Of a DNA stretch of 35,797 nucleotides, positions 23,051-35,797 are shown piece after piece (position 1 is the first letter of the stretch; each line of letters begins with the position of its first letter). The notes under the pieces were generated by a model. That model was given only the letters and a program-made list of their open reading frames with translations. It did no database searches and was not told the origin of the DNA. A program made the position numbers and the translations under genes. The DNA is from Catajapyx aquilonaris (taxonomy: Eukaryota), in the NCBI GenBank assembly GCA_000934665.2, contig KZ538220.1:62001-97797 (forward strand). The letters run 5' to 3'.

Positions 23051-24671
23051 ATGGCGTCCGTGGAGGATATGAAGACGAGGATCTCGGAGCTGGAGAGGCA
23101 GCTGGATGTGGAGAGGGCGAGGACTGGAGGACCAGCCAGAGAAAAGATCGCGGAAATGTCATCGGAAGTCAAGGACTCCAATCCGTACAGGTGAGATGCA
23201 AATTCTAGTAAAATTCGCTGCACTCATGTGGAGGTTAATTAATATGTGTGGAGAATTCATGAGGCAAACGTGCGCAATGCTACACATTACCAGGAGTCTT
23301 TATGTTATTTTCAGCAAGAGAACTCACATGGCCTCGATGGCAAGAATGGTCAACTTTTTTGATTGTTGCTGCCTTGTTGTTTCAGCCGCTTGATGGCCCT
23401 GAAGCGCATGGGCATTGTGCCTGAGTATGAGCGTATCCGCAGCTTCACAGTGGCGGTGGTTGGTGTAGGTGGAGTGGGCAGTGTGACGGCAGAGATGCTG
23501 ACCCGATGCGGGGTGGGGAAGCTGCTCCTGTTCGACTACGACAAGGTGGAGCTGGCCAACATGAACCGCCTCTTCTTCCAACCCCACCAGGCTGGTCTCT
23601 CAAAGGTCGATGCGGCTGTTGCTACACTCATTCTCATCAACCCAGATGTTACTTTTGAGGCGCACAACTACAACATTACCACTGTGGACAACTTTCAGCA
23701 TTTTATGACGCGAATCAGGTAATATCGGCAGGAGTTACTATGATTTTAATATCTTCTGGTAATTAATGTACCAGCCTTAGCGCTAAGTCAAACTGAAATA
23801 TTCCATGCAGTGAAGGCGGTTTGAATGGTGGACCTGTTAACCTCGTCCTGAGCTGCGTTGACAATTTTGAGGCCCGAATGGCCATAAATGCTGCCTGCAA
23901 TGAGCTGGGACAGACTTGGTTCGAGTCAGGGGTTTCAGAAAATGCAGTTTCAGGACACATCCAGTTTCTTGTTCCAGGCGAGACGGCTTGTTTTGCTGTA
24001 AGTCCTTTGCTGTTGGTTGGAGGTTCCCCCATCCTAACTTGTTGTCTATTTGCAGTGTGCACCTCCATTGGTGGTGGCTTCCAACATAGATGAGCGTACT
24101 TTGAAGAAGGATGGAGTCTGTGCTGCCAGCCTGCCAACAACAATGGGTATTGTTGCTGGATTGCTGGTCCAGAATGCCCTCAAGTACTTGCTTGGGTTTG
24201 GGCAGGTCACATACTACCTGGGATACAATGCCCTTGAAGACTTCTTCCCAACAATGGCCCTTAAGCCAAATCCAAGCTGCGATGATTCTCACTGCCGGAG
24301 TAGGAGTAAGGAAGCTGCGAAGAGGAAAGCTGAACTTGCAACAATGGAAGGAAAGGTGGAAGAGGAAGTGAAAGTGGAAGAGGTGGTTCATGAAGACAAT
24401 GACTGGGGTAAGGCTGTGCAATCTGGTGTTAGTGAACGCCTCTATCCAGTAATTCACCTACTAATTAGGCATCAGCTTGGTTGAAGAGACGGCTCCTGAT
24501 TCAATGAAAGAGGAAGCTGACTTGAAAGCTGCCTTAGGATTGGCCAAGGGAATCAATGTTGCCTACACACGTCCAGTAAACAATGACAGCGAGGCTGCTT
24601 CGGGGGACGCTGTCACAGCAGAGCCGGATGTGAGCCTGGAAGACTTAATGGCTCAAATGAAAGCAATGTGA
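23051..24671 (+). CDS. UBA5: UFM1-activating E1 enzyme UBA5 (~404 aa); exons 23051-23190, 23386-23718, 23811-23997, 24056-24407, 24469-24671
   Basis: In-frame splicing (1215 nt). [41 protein letters not shown], catalytic [13 protein letters not shown]1/GABARAP-binding DNDWGISLV, C-terminal UFC1-binding [12 protein letters not shown]. Confidence 0.96.
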
Positions 24672-25136
24672 ATATGAATAACTCAAAAATATATTAATAA
24701 ATCAATTTTTATCAACAAAACAATGGAATGTGTCTAATTTTACAATAGTCAACAAAAAAAATAACACTATTAAAGAAAATGCGACTTGTGCAATTTGCAT
24801 TGTCAGGTCAAATCGAGATCTGCCCATTTTTTTAAATATACAAAATACTCTTGTATATACTTCAACATATAAAGCTACTCTAAGCTTTGAATATATTTCA
24901 GTTTTAGGTGAGCACCTTCAACTCCATGAAAATTGGTCATACAAAGGTTTCATGGGCCACATAAAATTACATGGTGCACTGTTTGGCCATTAGAGAATCT
25001 CGTGTAAAAGGAAAGATATCATGTGGTCTTTCTGAGATCTTTCTCTAATATCCATCACTACTTGAGGCTGTGCTTACTCATAATTGTTCTAAATGGTCAA
25101 AAACATTACAGATGAGGAATGGTAGTGCAGGGAATG

Positions 25137-27608
25137 TCATGCTTCTTCTGCTAGAGACTTCTTCTTCCGTTTAAGAATTGCTGGTGTTAGTGCTCCGCCT
25201 GCCATTAGAGCCATCTGCAGGAGGTTTTTCCAGGTGAATACATCATCTAATGAGCGTACAGTGCTTAACACAACCCCAGTAGACACGCATAGGTAGTTGT
25301 AAGGCATTGCTCCTGAAAAGGAAATCATTTGAAGTGTTAAAATCTTAAAACCTTAATGTGGAACTTGCTGTGTATTGCATCTGATGCAAAAAGCAACAAA
25401 ATGACACATGCTCTTGTGAGATGTGTCAAATTAAAGGAAAGTTCTCCTACAAAGATAAAGACAAGGAAACAACAAAAATGCCCCCATACATTGAAAAGAG
25501 CCACACTGCTAATCAGCTGATGGGATTAGTTGAACCAATGTTTTGAAAGCTCTCCATGTCATGAATCATACTAATAGAACCGTTTAACATACTTGTCCAT
25601 TTAAAACACATGGAACGTTCAAATCAACTTACATAATTCACAGATAGGTCAATTGAAAATATATTCATGATCTGCACTGGTAATTTTGTTGTTGTTTAGA
25701 TTGTAAAATTATCAGCATCATGATACCTTCATCTTTCATATAGCCTATATTAACAGGAAATGTGTGAAAAGTCTGTCAAGATCATTATTATTTGCTTCTC
25801 TATTGCATCAGTGCATCATAGCTTACCAACCTCTGTATGCCATATGCATCAGAATTGAACTCACATCTGTACTGGTGTAACTCTCCTGCATCAAGAGAGT
25901 ACTCTTGTGCTTGAGTGTACCCATCCAGTATGTATCAGGCAGGAGAATACCAGGCACATCTCTCCACATTCACATTCCCACTCTTACCGTCAGGAGAGGC
26001 CAATGTGATTTTGAATAATATAATTATGACATTCGCAGTGACGCAAATGTGAGCTGAATTCTATTGAATACAGTGGACAGGATATGCAATGGTATTGTTC
26101 AAATGTTGCCGCAAGAAGTCACAAAAGTGTAAGGAATTCAATTGGAACACTGCAATTCACATGCCAGAAACTTCCAAAGTCTTGAACTCTATGTTATGAA
26201 ATTATTGGATAAGTTACTTTTAATAAGTAGCTTGTAAGTTGGTTCCTGTGTTACATAAACCAAATAACTGGTTACTGTTAGTTAGTGAAGGTAACTGTCA
26301 CTTCTGAGAAAGTGTACTACTGAAGCACACAGTGCTGACGCAGACCAATAATTGCTTCCTGATTTGCAACTTTATATCCCTATGTGGAGGCCAGTCAACA
26401 ACAAATACTTGTTGGGTCACACATTTGTACAAAAGCTGCAAATAACAAAGCATTAGTGGCACGCAAGGCTGCATCCCAGGCTTTGTTCCTGGGGATGTAT
26501 TCCTATGACAATACCCGAGTAATCATGTAGTTTTCAAAATAAGAGCAATAAAAAATATTAATGCTGTACCTCAAAGTGAATTACTATTACTTTTTAAAAG
26601 TAACTGTTTAGTCATAGTTGATAGCAATAACTATAACATTACATGCAAATGTACTGATTAATAGCTACTAGTAATGTGCTACCTAAATGCCAGTAACTAT
26701 GCCACACTGAAAATGCGCTCATTAAAGTGAGGAAAACAGGCAGGCTTTGAGCAAAATTTGCAATGCATAAGATAATAATTACAATCATTTTAATGAAAGC
26801 AGTGCAAAAATTGATTGAGTCTTGAAATGGAAACCACAATGCATCAGGCAATGGCTTTCCTCCACCTTGACTTACGGAAAGGTTCTTCTTGACACATACC
26901 AAAAAATATGGAGATAAAAAATAGGTGCAGTGGCACGTTGACCATTGGTGATGCAATATTCAGGAACCAGCCAGGGGTGAGTGGCATTAGCCTGAGTGAC
27001 AGCAGATAGTACAGCAGACGCTCCTTGTTCGTCTCAATGGTTCGTCTAAACAAGGACATTTGATGGGGGAACTTCCTTGCCACCAACCCACGGAGACACA
27101 TTCTCGACAGAATGTAACAGAGTGATGCCCCACAAGCTGTCAGGAGGCACACAAGTGGGAATCCAATCCAGGCTCCATATATAGCTCCACCTAATATGTT
27201 CTGAAAAGTAAAAGTGCATACAGACACAACCCTCAAGTGCAAATGGGCGAAACATACCAAGAACACAGATCCTGGTATTCCAAAAGCTTGCTTATAGAGA
27301 TAGGCTGATATAAACAGGAGGGAAACATACACGGAATGTTTCTTTTGATATGAATGTAGCAAATTGGCCAGGGAGCGAAGTTCGGCCAAGTTGGTCGGAA
27401 AGGACAGCACAGCCTGCAAGAGACATTACGGGGAAGCATCACACAATGAAACCCTGCAATGCCTTGAAATTCAAATGAAGTGTATATACTGTACCATTCC
27501 GTCTGGTTGGTCTTGGTCCGGCCTGAGTGGCGGGGCGGCCCTGGTGATGATGTAGAGGCAGAGGGAGGCCGCCCCGAAGAGCGGGACGATGAGCCAGGCC
27601 CGCTGCAT
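25137..27608 (-). CDS. TMEM41A: DedA/VTT-domain membrane protein TMEM41A (~248 aa); exons 27608-27495, 27413-27258, 27200-26900, 25312-25137
   Basis: In-frame splicing (747 nt). FPTNLAELRSL, AYLYKQAFGIPGSVFLNILGGA, LRLMPLTPGWFLNIASP and PYNYLCV match TMEM41A as recalled rather than TMEM41B/stasimon. Confidence 0.85.
26198..26709. mobile_element. Degenerate hAT-like MITE rich in GTAACT/AGTTAC motifs in TMEM41A intron 3
   Basis: Left TTGGATAAGTTACTTTT, right AGTAACTATGCCACACTG, many internal GTAAC/GTTAC motifs; left TIR and TSD are decayed, so boundaries are approximate. Confidence 0.35.
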
Positions 27609-27842
27609 CCTCGCCCGTCAGACCCACGTCATGTCCACACAGACTGACGGACCTCTCTGCCAGCCACAATTAATAATAAAGAATAAAGCCAAGGATATCT
27701 ATCAATGGCGGATGACACATCGGGGGTGCAACTCAGGCAACTGACGATCTCAACTGAGTTGGATTCCTATTCATCAATCTGCTGATGGCGGGAGGGTTTG
27801 ATTCAGGAGGGAGAAGAATATAATTATGTGTAATGTTAGGGC

Positions 27843-27856
27843 TCATCATCATCATT

Positions 27857-27921
<65 letters not shown>
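27843..27921. repeat. (CAT)n microsatellite, ~26 units with one interruption
   Basis: Directly visible; it produces the spurious poly-Met ORF on the minus strand. Confidence 0.97.
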
Positions 27922-28880
27922 TGGCAGGGCTAATTTTTCACACTCAAATATGGCCTAAAAATGTTGCAGTCCAATCTGGTGGTATATTGTCCACGTGCTG
28001 TAGGATAAATTATTAATTCCGTATTATGCAAGCCTCTGCAATCGCTCACGATATTTATTCCAAGGAGATGATAATGCCACTCTCAATTTGCGACTGAATA
28101 TGCTCTACGAGCCGCTCTTCAAGGGTGCGGTTGCATATAAATAAGGCTCAAAAGGACACATCTGTCCATACTATACGGAGAAGGTCGCTACGATGTAATT
28201 GCTTGTGGATTATTCATAAAACTGATGGCAGTGTTAGACATTTGCGTTATTTATTCCATCTCAGCCCTATATCGTGTCACAATATCTGCAAGGGTGCCCA
28301 TCAATTCCCATCCAAGGCCGCAAAATAAATTGTGGCACCAACCTTGGTTTTGCATTGCTCCAAAGTTTTTTGCCTCCATAATTCTTCCTTCCTTCATGAA
28401 ATAAATAATCAACCTGCCCATACACCACGCGTATCGGAATTGGGGGTTGTTACATTCTTCTGCCTATTCCATTGCCTGACTATAATGCCTATAGTATCAG
28501 CCTGCATTCCAGTTGATTCATAGCCCAACCATACCACAAATAAATAATCCTAATGATCATGTATTAGAAATGCACAATTCACTACGCCACAATTGATTTA
28601 TAGAATGACTGTGAATAAGATTTGTATTACCGCATCTAATGGAAGGAAAGAAGCTGCCATGCACGCAATCGACATTGCACATTTGCCAGATTTTATCTTG
28701 ACCCAATAGGAAGTAACAAATACGGAAGTCATTGACAGGTAAGGTGGATCCAGGTAACAAATATTCGCGTGCACTTATGTACGATAAATGAAATTGCTCC
28801 TTTCCTTTGTCGCGACAGTGTCATGCAGTAAAAGGACACATTTGACTTTCAGTATCGGAGAGTTACAGAAGTGAGACCCA

Positions 28881-30405
28881 ATGGTATACAGAATGAAATC
28901 TAAGACCACTCCTATCTTTGTTACATCAAGAGAGGGATTGACAGGAGAGGAGATGGCATCCAACAACGATTTCGTCTCAATTATTCGTCCTGTTCTGGTC
29001 GTCACCAAACTTCTTGGCGTATTTCCAGTGAAAAACGTCATTTACCGTGGACGTGACCGCAGACTGGAAGTCCGTCTGTTCAGTCTGGATAGCCTGTACA
29101 GCATTTCCGTTTTTGCTCTCATGATTTATTTGGCCCAGAGCTGGATTGGGCATCTCAACTACACAGCATTCGCCAATGAAGATAAGAAACTCATGATGAC
29201 TGACAAAGTGTCGATGAGCGGGATCCTGGTAAGTATACTCGAGCCGGCGTTATTCACTTATTGTTAGTAATAACTTGTTACCGATTCCAGTTGTCAGCGA
29301 ATGGAACCAGCTTGTTGTGCACCTTTCTGTCCGTGGTGATGTCTCGTCGATGGGCCAACTTGCTAGAAAAATTCAGATCTGTCCAAGTCCTCGGCGATCA
29401 GTGCTTCTCTAGGCTCAAATACGTGAGAAACATATTTCTCACCCAGGAATTATGTCTACTCTTCATACACATCGCTTCTGGGGGAATGACCATATACACA
29501 GATCCGGAAAATGTCGATCTTCATTTCCTCTTCAACCTCGGAGCAATGATCCAGTGCGACACATACATCAGGATGACTCTGATTGCGGCCTCTTGCAGCT
29601 GCTTGTACAAGACCATTTCAGACAACTTACAAAAAGTAGCAGGAGAACTAGAAAACCAAGCTGCTTCGAAGGCAGCTGGTTGGTTGGAACCTGGTCCAAC
29701 TGAGTCTTTGCCACCGACGATGACAACAGCGGAAAGACTGAGTCAACTGAGACGACTTCATGGAAATGTTCACGATCTGGTAGAGGATGCCGCCAGGGCC
29801 TTTGGATGGATCCTTCTGACTCAAGTCCTGGGATTCTTCCTCACCCTCATATTTGTACTCTACCTGAGCCTTTCAGACACAAGTTCAGACAGATCTGTGA
29901 TGGAACAGATTCTGACTATCATCTGCTACCTGTCATTTTCGCTCGTGAAGCTTTCCATCTTGAGCTTCGTCTTGGAAGGACTCCACAACGAGGTAATGAT
30001 TACATTTCCAATCGCAAGGTTTTCGATCCTGATCACAACTTTGCTCTTCATTTCAGGCCAATTCGGGGGTGAGCCACGTTCGTCGTGTGAACCTGTCTGG
30101 ACTGGATCAGGATAGTCGCCAAGAGGTGCAGATGTTGATGCATCAGTTGACAGCTGATCCTCCTGTTATCACTGCGGCCAATTTCTTTGGAGTCAACCGT
30201 GGGCTTCTAACTTCGGTTTGTTGAGAACATACTCTTGATTAAAGATCGTGGTAAAATACTAACGAAAAAAATGATTTTTCAGATGACAGGTGCTGTTACT
30301 ACCTATTTGGTGGTCCTGTTGCAGTTCAAGATGGGAGAAAAAGCCGAAGAGCAAAATGCATGCAAAGTTTCAGAAGATAGGGTGTTAAATGCGACGAAAT
30401 ATTAA
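28881..30405 (+). CDS. Gustatory receptor A (7TM chemoreceptor, ~443 aa); exons 28881-29228, 29291-29992, 30057-30215, 30283-30405
   Basis: In-frame phase-0 splicing, several hydrophobic segments, ITAANFFGVNRGLLTS|MTGAVTTYLVVLLQF with the GR TM7 signature TYhhhhhQF after a phase-0 intron. Confidence 0.9.
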
Positions 30406-30487
30406 TAATTTTTGCTTGTGTTACACGACCATTTTGTATCATTGTTATAAATCTTGCCCCTGGAAATGAACTTGTCACATGCACATT

Positions 30488-30738
30488 GCACTGTTCTCTG
30501 TGTTCTTTTCCATTTTTACTGTCGCGACCCCAAATTCGGCGTCGCCAGGAAGGGTAACTAGTTATTTGTGCAAATTGATTCTATCTCTCTGGAAATTTTT
30601 CTCGTAAACGATATGCGTTAATTGAGAGATTATTGCAATTAGATATCACCGATGGGGTAGAAAAGGGGTGGAAGTGTGGTCGCGAATTTTACGCATCTAT
30701 TTTCTGGGGTCGCCAATGAAAAAGATTGGGAAGCATGG
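30488..30738. mobile_element. Degenerate hAT/Charlie-like MITE between the two GR genes
   Basis: Subterminal GTCGCGACCCC...GGGGTCGCC, right end AAAGATTGGGAAGCATGG followed by CTCTAGAA (Charlie-type target); left end decayed, boundary approximate. Confidence 0.4.
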
Positions 30739-31855
30739 CTCTAGAATGATCGAAAACCCGCTAATGTTGACAACACTGTGGAATTGTTTGTGAACTTGCA
30801 ACGACAAAACTATACAGCCACCTAAGCAGAACTCCTTTCAAGGGAAAGGCTTCTCACCCCACCCCCCAAAAAGGGAAATTCTGCCCGAAGTACAGAATAT
30901 CCATGCCAATTCCAGAAAAATTAAACCAAACTTTCAAAATGCGGGGGAGGGGGTGGGGGGCAGCATGAAAGGTTTCTACCCCCCACCATCCGAAGTTTCG
31001 TAGATCCGGCAGTGTTTTTTTTTGTCCCATAGTTAAGTAGTAATGCAGCTGCCCACATTAACCTGTGAGAAACCTTATGGGAGAATCCAGCAGAATCTAG
31101 CAGAGAATCTAACAGAATCAGAAGTAGGACAAAAAAACGCCTACTGTTGTTTTCAAATCAGAGTGCAACAAAGCTCCTCATTACTACAGTACGTACAAAA
31201 TAATTGCAAGCCCGTTTACGTCGGCATTCATAAAATCTACCAGCTTCAAATATGTTAGAGAAAATATTTTTACTCAGAATAAATACTCTTCACATAAATG
31301 AAAAATATGACTTAAAGGCAAAGGAACTCTTGCACCTTGATGTCTCTTACACAATAATAATTATTCTAAGTGTATATTATCATTTTGTAACGCACTTTGC
31401 AAGTGCTACCCAGATGAAACATTAACAAATCCCTTCTATATACTGTATGAATAACACGTATTAGGTTAATGTAAATATGTAATGCACCATAATTACTGAC
31501 CATGGTATGTACACGTATAAATCTGTGTTAATGAATAGTGTAACTGAAATGTACTCCACACTAAAATACGTGTAGCTTAGAGAGACATTTTCCTATCATT
31601 TCTATCATCATAAATATCTATCAAGAATGCATCATAAACCGGGACAAATGACAATTCAATACATACGATAATATATATCGCATTGAATACCTGTCTTCTT
31701 CACATGAAAAAGCAACCAGGTTTGCGCAGTAGGGTTCATCAGAAATCGACCACAGTTGGGTGACCCTCAAGTCCTTCAATGGAAAGGCGGAAAGAATTGG
31801 ATTATTCAGGGGATTATTGTAGGGAGAGCCTTAGCTTAGAAGCCTACATCCCACT

Positions 31856-33795
31856 ATGAAAGTCTTCGAGTTACGTGACGAGAGGGACATGGTGCCGGCT
31901 GACAAGAAAAGGAAGTGCCTACTTGATCACCTGAAGATGGTGTCAAAAGGAGTGAACCTAAAAAGAGTCAACGACCAACAAGTTGCATGGAATTCCCCTG
32001 AGAGAAGCGATATCATGTCTATAATGCGACCACTTCTGATCGTGTCTAAAGTATTGGGAGCGTTTCCAGTGAGGAATGTTGTCTTCAGGAATCCTGGATG
32101 CAGGCTGGAGAGGCGTTTGGCAGGCCCTGAAGGTGTCTGGTCCCTCCTTATCTTCGCCGGTATGATTTATTTGGTAACCGATTGGCTACTGCACCCAGAT
32201 CTGGGAAGCTTTGTGGACCCAGACAGGGTACTCAAAACCATTGACTACGTCACGATTTATGGATCTGTGGTTAGTATAATTTATTGTTATCATGGTTTGT
32301 GACATTAAATGCATGAGTGCTAATTTGACATGATTGTTGATATGACGTACAGTACTTGCACTGTACTAAATTTGTGAAGACGTATTTTTACTAAATTGGC
32401 ATGGGTATATTACAAATGCTACTTCCGTGTAGCTAATATAATAAAGGTTAACTTGATATTATGATTTATATTTTCAGGGAATAGCCTTATCAACGAAGAT
32501 GATGGGCTTCGTCATGTCTATCGTCCTTATTTCACGATGGATTAAATTACTCGAGGGATTTGAGCCTGTCGAAAATCTCCTTGAAGATTGCAAGTCCCGG
32601 ATTCTGAAAACCCGATTTCGCATATGTACGATTACAGCAATTATCACAATTACATTTGTCGTCTCTTGTGTTATGTTGATAAGGATCAATCCAAAGGGTA
32701 TGAGTTTGCAGATCCTTATCACATCTGGAGAAATATTTGAGATGGACATGTATATCCGAATGATGTTTTTGTCTAATATCCTTAAGTTCTTGTTCAGATC
32801 GCTCGGAAAAAAGATAGAGAGAGTCCTCTCACCTGCGGAGTACGCAGCATTTGTGCCAGAATCCCGAAACAGTCTGTTGGCATCACTTAGGGCGCAGAAT
32901 CTAGAAAATCTTCGAAAAAGTCATGGTCACCTCCATTCTCTAGTTGACAAAGCTTCCGCCGCATTTGGATGGCTTTTATTCATTCAGTACACGCAATGCT
33001 TCATGAACGTTATATTTCTGCTCTACAACATCATATCAGGAATGGCCATGTCCAGAACAATGAAGGTCAGGTTGGTGCTGATTGTATTGTACCTGGCCTT
33101 TCAGATGTCCAAGCTAGTTTTCTTTTCTGTCAATGTGGAGGGAGTCACAACTGAGGTTAGTCTTACTGGCTTCACAAAAGAAATGTTTAACAGTACAGGG
33201 TGTAATTCTTGTTTTGCCCAGGCAAAATCTAGTCTGATGCATCTGCAGCAAGTTAGTGTGAGTCATTTGGATCCTGAGTCTCGGCGTGAAGTTAAAATGA
33301 TGATACAAAAGCTGAGCTGTGACCCACCTGTCATCACTGCCGCCAATTTCTTCACCATCAATCGCCGGCTTCTCACTTCGGTCAGGCAACATTTATTAAA
33401 GACAATTCATATTAATAATAATAATTTGGATATATTTTGTTGTCTATGATTTTATGTTGAATGATTTGCGTCATTATTCCAAAAAAACATGTATTATTGC
33501 ATTTTTGTCGATTTGCCCAGCCAACTGTCATACACCGTATAGTAACAACAGCTATTTTTTGTAGGCTGCTGGAGCCATCACCACGTATTTGGTCATCTTG
33601 GTGCAGTTCAACATCAGCGAAGGTCCAAAGTATCCAGTAACACCTGCCGTACCTACATCGTTTACATTAGTTTTCATCAATGTTCAGCCTCTTTTAATCG
33701 GACTTAATATTGGAGGCAAGATTGGAGGCTTTGGAGCACGTGCCCAATGCAAAGGATATTCGAGGCACTGCATAATTATGTCACGCTTATTTTGA
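31856..33795 (+). CDS. Gustatory receptor B, tandem paralogue (~493 aa); exons 31856-32269, 32478-33155, 33222-33380, 33565-33795
   Basis: Same three phase-0 intron positions as GR A; DPPVITAANFFTINRRLLTS|AAGAITTYLVILVQF; shared N-terminal D..SI.RP.L.V.K.LG.FPV.NV..R. Confidence 0.88.
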
Positions 33796-35705
33796 TTATG
33801 ACAAAGGTTTTTGGGAACCTCTGAACACACATGTAAAATATGATTGATTCGCAATCATATCCCCCACCAAAATATTGCATGAAAAATTGAAGAACAGGAA
33901 GAACTGCTATCGTGTTGGATGTGCAGAAAGGATATTATTTTAGGCAAATGATTATGTTTTAATAGTTTATAACGACTAAACGACACGAAACTCACTAGTA
34001 TTACCGAGTATTACTGTAAATGTAGGTTATTGATCATTTGCCTCAGTGATGTAAGAATTACTCGAGCCAAGAAATAAGCATCATTGAGGCAACCTAAGGT
34101 ATCTCAGTCACTCAGTCCCATGACACGATTTTTCTTTTATGTAACATATTATGAGTGTAACACTAACGCAATAATAACATTTGCCCATTTAGTGTCAAAT
34201 TGTGTTATCATTGAGCAGTTAGATTCATAACCTATTACTTATTTATTTCAAGAAAAATGCTTAAAAATTATTGAAACTAACAAGGGCATTATTTTCCAAC
34301 GGCATACTAAGTTAACACAAACTGAACTCGGCAAGTATAGGCAGAATGTACCATTTGAATATAAACTTTTTAATGAGCTTACAGTACTACAAGTTGCATA
34401 ATTCATCAACATCTATTTATGCACAAGAGCATCAGAATATTTACTATATGACATAATCAGGCTGCAACTTGCGATATTTTCTCCTATATTGCTAATGGCC
34501 TCGCCGACCAGCTGTAGAGTACACTATATAAAGCTGCATGAAGTAAGCTATACATCGGAAATGGGAGGGGTAAAATATGCCGAAACAAGGCGGTATCTTG
34601 AGTACTCAACAATCCCAACAGAGACTCAATCAAGATGGAAATGGACTGATCCAAAAGCACCATCAATCCATGCAAACCAAGGTAAAAGTGGTTGTTCCAC
34701 TTCTCACACAGTTGACAGAATCCAAGGAAAATCGCCCAAACACTAGCTCAAACGGAAAACGACTATTATATTTTTATAGATAAAGCGAAAAGGCTGAAGG
34801 TAAACAAGGCCAAAAGGATCACTGAAAATGGCTAACAAAAAAAGCAAAACCCAGAATGTGGAAGCAGAATCAATATCGAAAGGGGATAAGATGTGACACC
34901 TTGTGTCAAACGAATGACATATGGCAACTCCGGTCTGGGAAAGCCGCGTATTGCAGCAAATTATCGAGTTTGGGTGACCATTTAGTGGCATGAAGCGGCG
35001 AGTGGGAGACTGTACTTAAAAACGATAAATAGGTAATACTTGCGTATGTACTCGGAGGGTTAGTCCTACAAACTGTACTTTCTCGCAAGGGTAGCCCAAC
35101 AGGGTTGTGTGTGTGTACGTCATTGGAAGGTTAGTGTGTGTTTGGAATATACGGTATTATCGTGGGAATGCAAGTGATACCACACCAAGTCCAATTTTGG
35201 CGGCATTGAGTCATTTAACCCACTAAATGTAAAATAAAATTTTTCTGCTCTATCGCCTGGTAAGTCCATTTGAAGGGTCTGAGATAAAAAACGGCTAAGT
35301 CGATTTGGGGGGGGGGGGGTGACACTAATACGTGCAGCAATATTGTATTTTTAATGTCATTTGGTATTAATTGCACATTTCCATATGAAGACCTCGGGGT
35401 CGAAGAACTATCAAGGTTCACTTTTTGTCAAAAATGAGTTGCATAATGATCTCAGAAGATACTTTCACTAGTGCAGAATATGATGGTTTGGTCGTGGTTA
35501 TGGAGTTATGGTCATAGGTCGCAATGGATGTCCCCGAAAGTGGGATTTACATTGGAGCCTTATGGGCCTTCGAAATTTAATATTGAATATCTAAGTTTCA
35601 CCTGAATTGGACCTTGATCGTTTTTCTCCCAAGATCTTCATATGTGGCTGAGCTGTGGCAATATCTAGACGATAAAGGTTTCAATATTGTAACAGTGAAA
35701 GTTAA

Positions 35706-35797
35706 AGGGACACTCCACTCAAAATACAAGTTGGATTCTAAAAATCGGGCAAAAAATCCTGATTCCGAGGGTATAAGCAGTTTTCATGAGAGACGAA
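35706..35797. mobile_element. Possible start of a Kolobok-type (TTAA-TSD) element running off the window
   Basis: TTAA|AGGGACACTCCAC resembles Kolobok/T2 MITE ends; the partner TIR is not in the window. Confidence 0.3.

Noticed and set aside
27733..27921. Poly-methionine ORF
   Set aside because: Translation of the (CAT)n microsatellite.
33800..35700. Third GR or other gene; piggyBac-like TTAA-CCC at 35215
   Set aside because: No GR motifs or credible exon chain, and no matching GGG-TTAA end within the window.

Overview
Gene-dense eukaryotic DNA, almost certainly arthropod because it has two gustatory-receptor genes and short GT-AG introns. Seven spliced genes could be assembled by hand into stop-free reading frames: URI1 (+, 5 exons), cyclin E (-, 6 coding exons), PIGN (-, 10 exons, one intron U12-type), UBA5 (+, 5 exons, head-to-head with PIGN across 244 bp), TMEM41A (-, 4 exons) and two tandem gustatory receptors (+, 4 exons each). 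Introns and intergenic DNA hold many mobile elements. These are a decayed Minos-like Tc1 transposon with 153-bp TIRs and an intron in its transposase, a tRNA-derived SINE with a perfect 15-bp TSD, several TA-flanked MITEs, and a non-autonomous Helitron containing a tandem MITE dimer with hAT MITEs nested inside. I see no evidence of a wholly new biological system. The best leads are the URI1-cyclin E adjacency (also neighbours at human 19q12), a multi-phosphodegron cyclin E tail, a repeated motif in the PIGN/UBA5 bidirectional promoter, the U12 intron, the nested transposon stack and a perfect 69-bp palindrome. Homology calls rest on recalled family motifs, not database searches.
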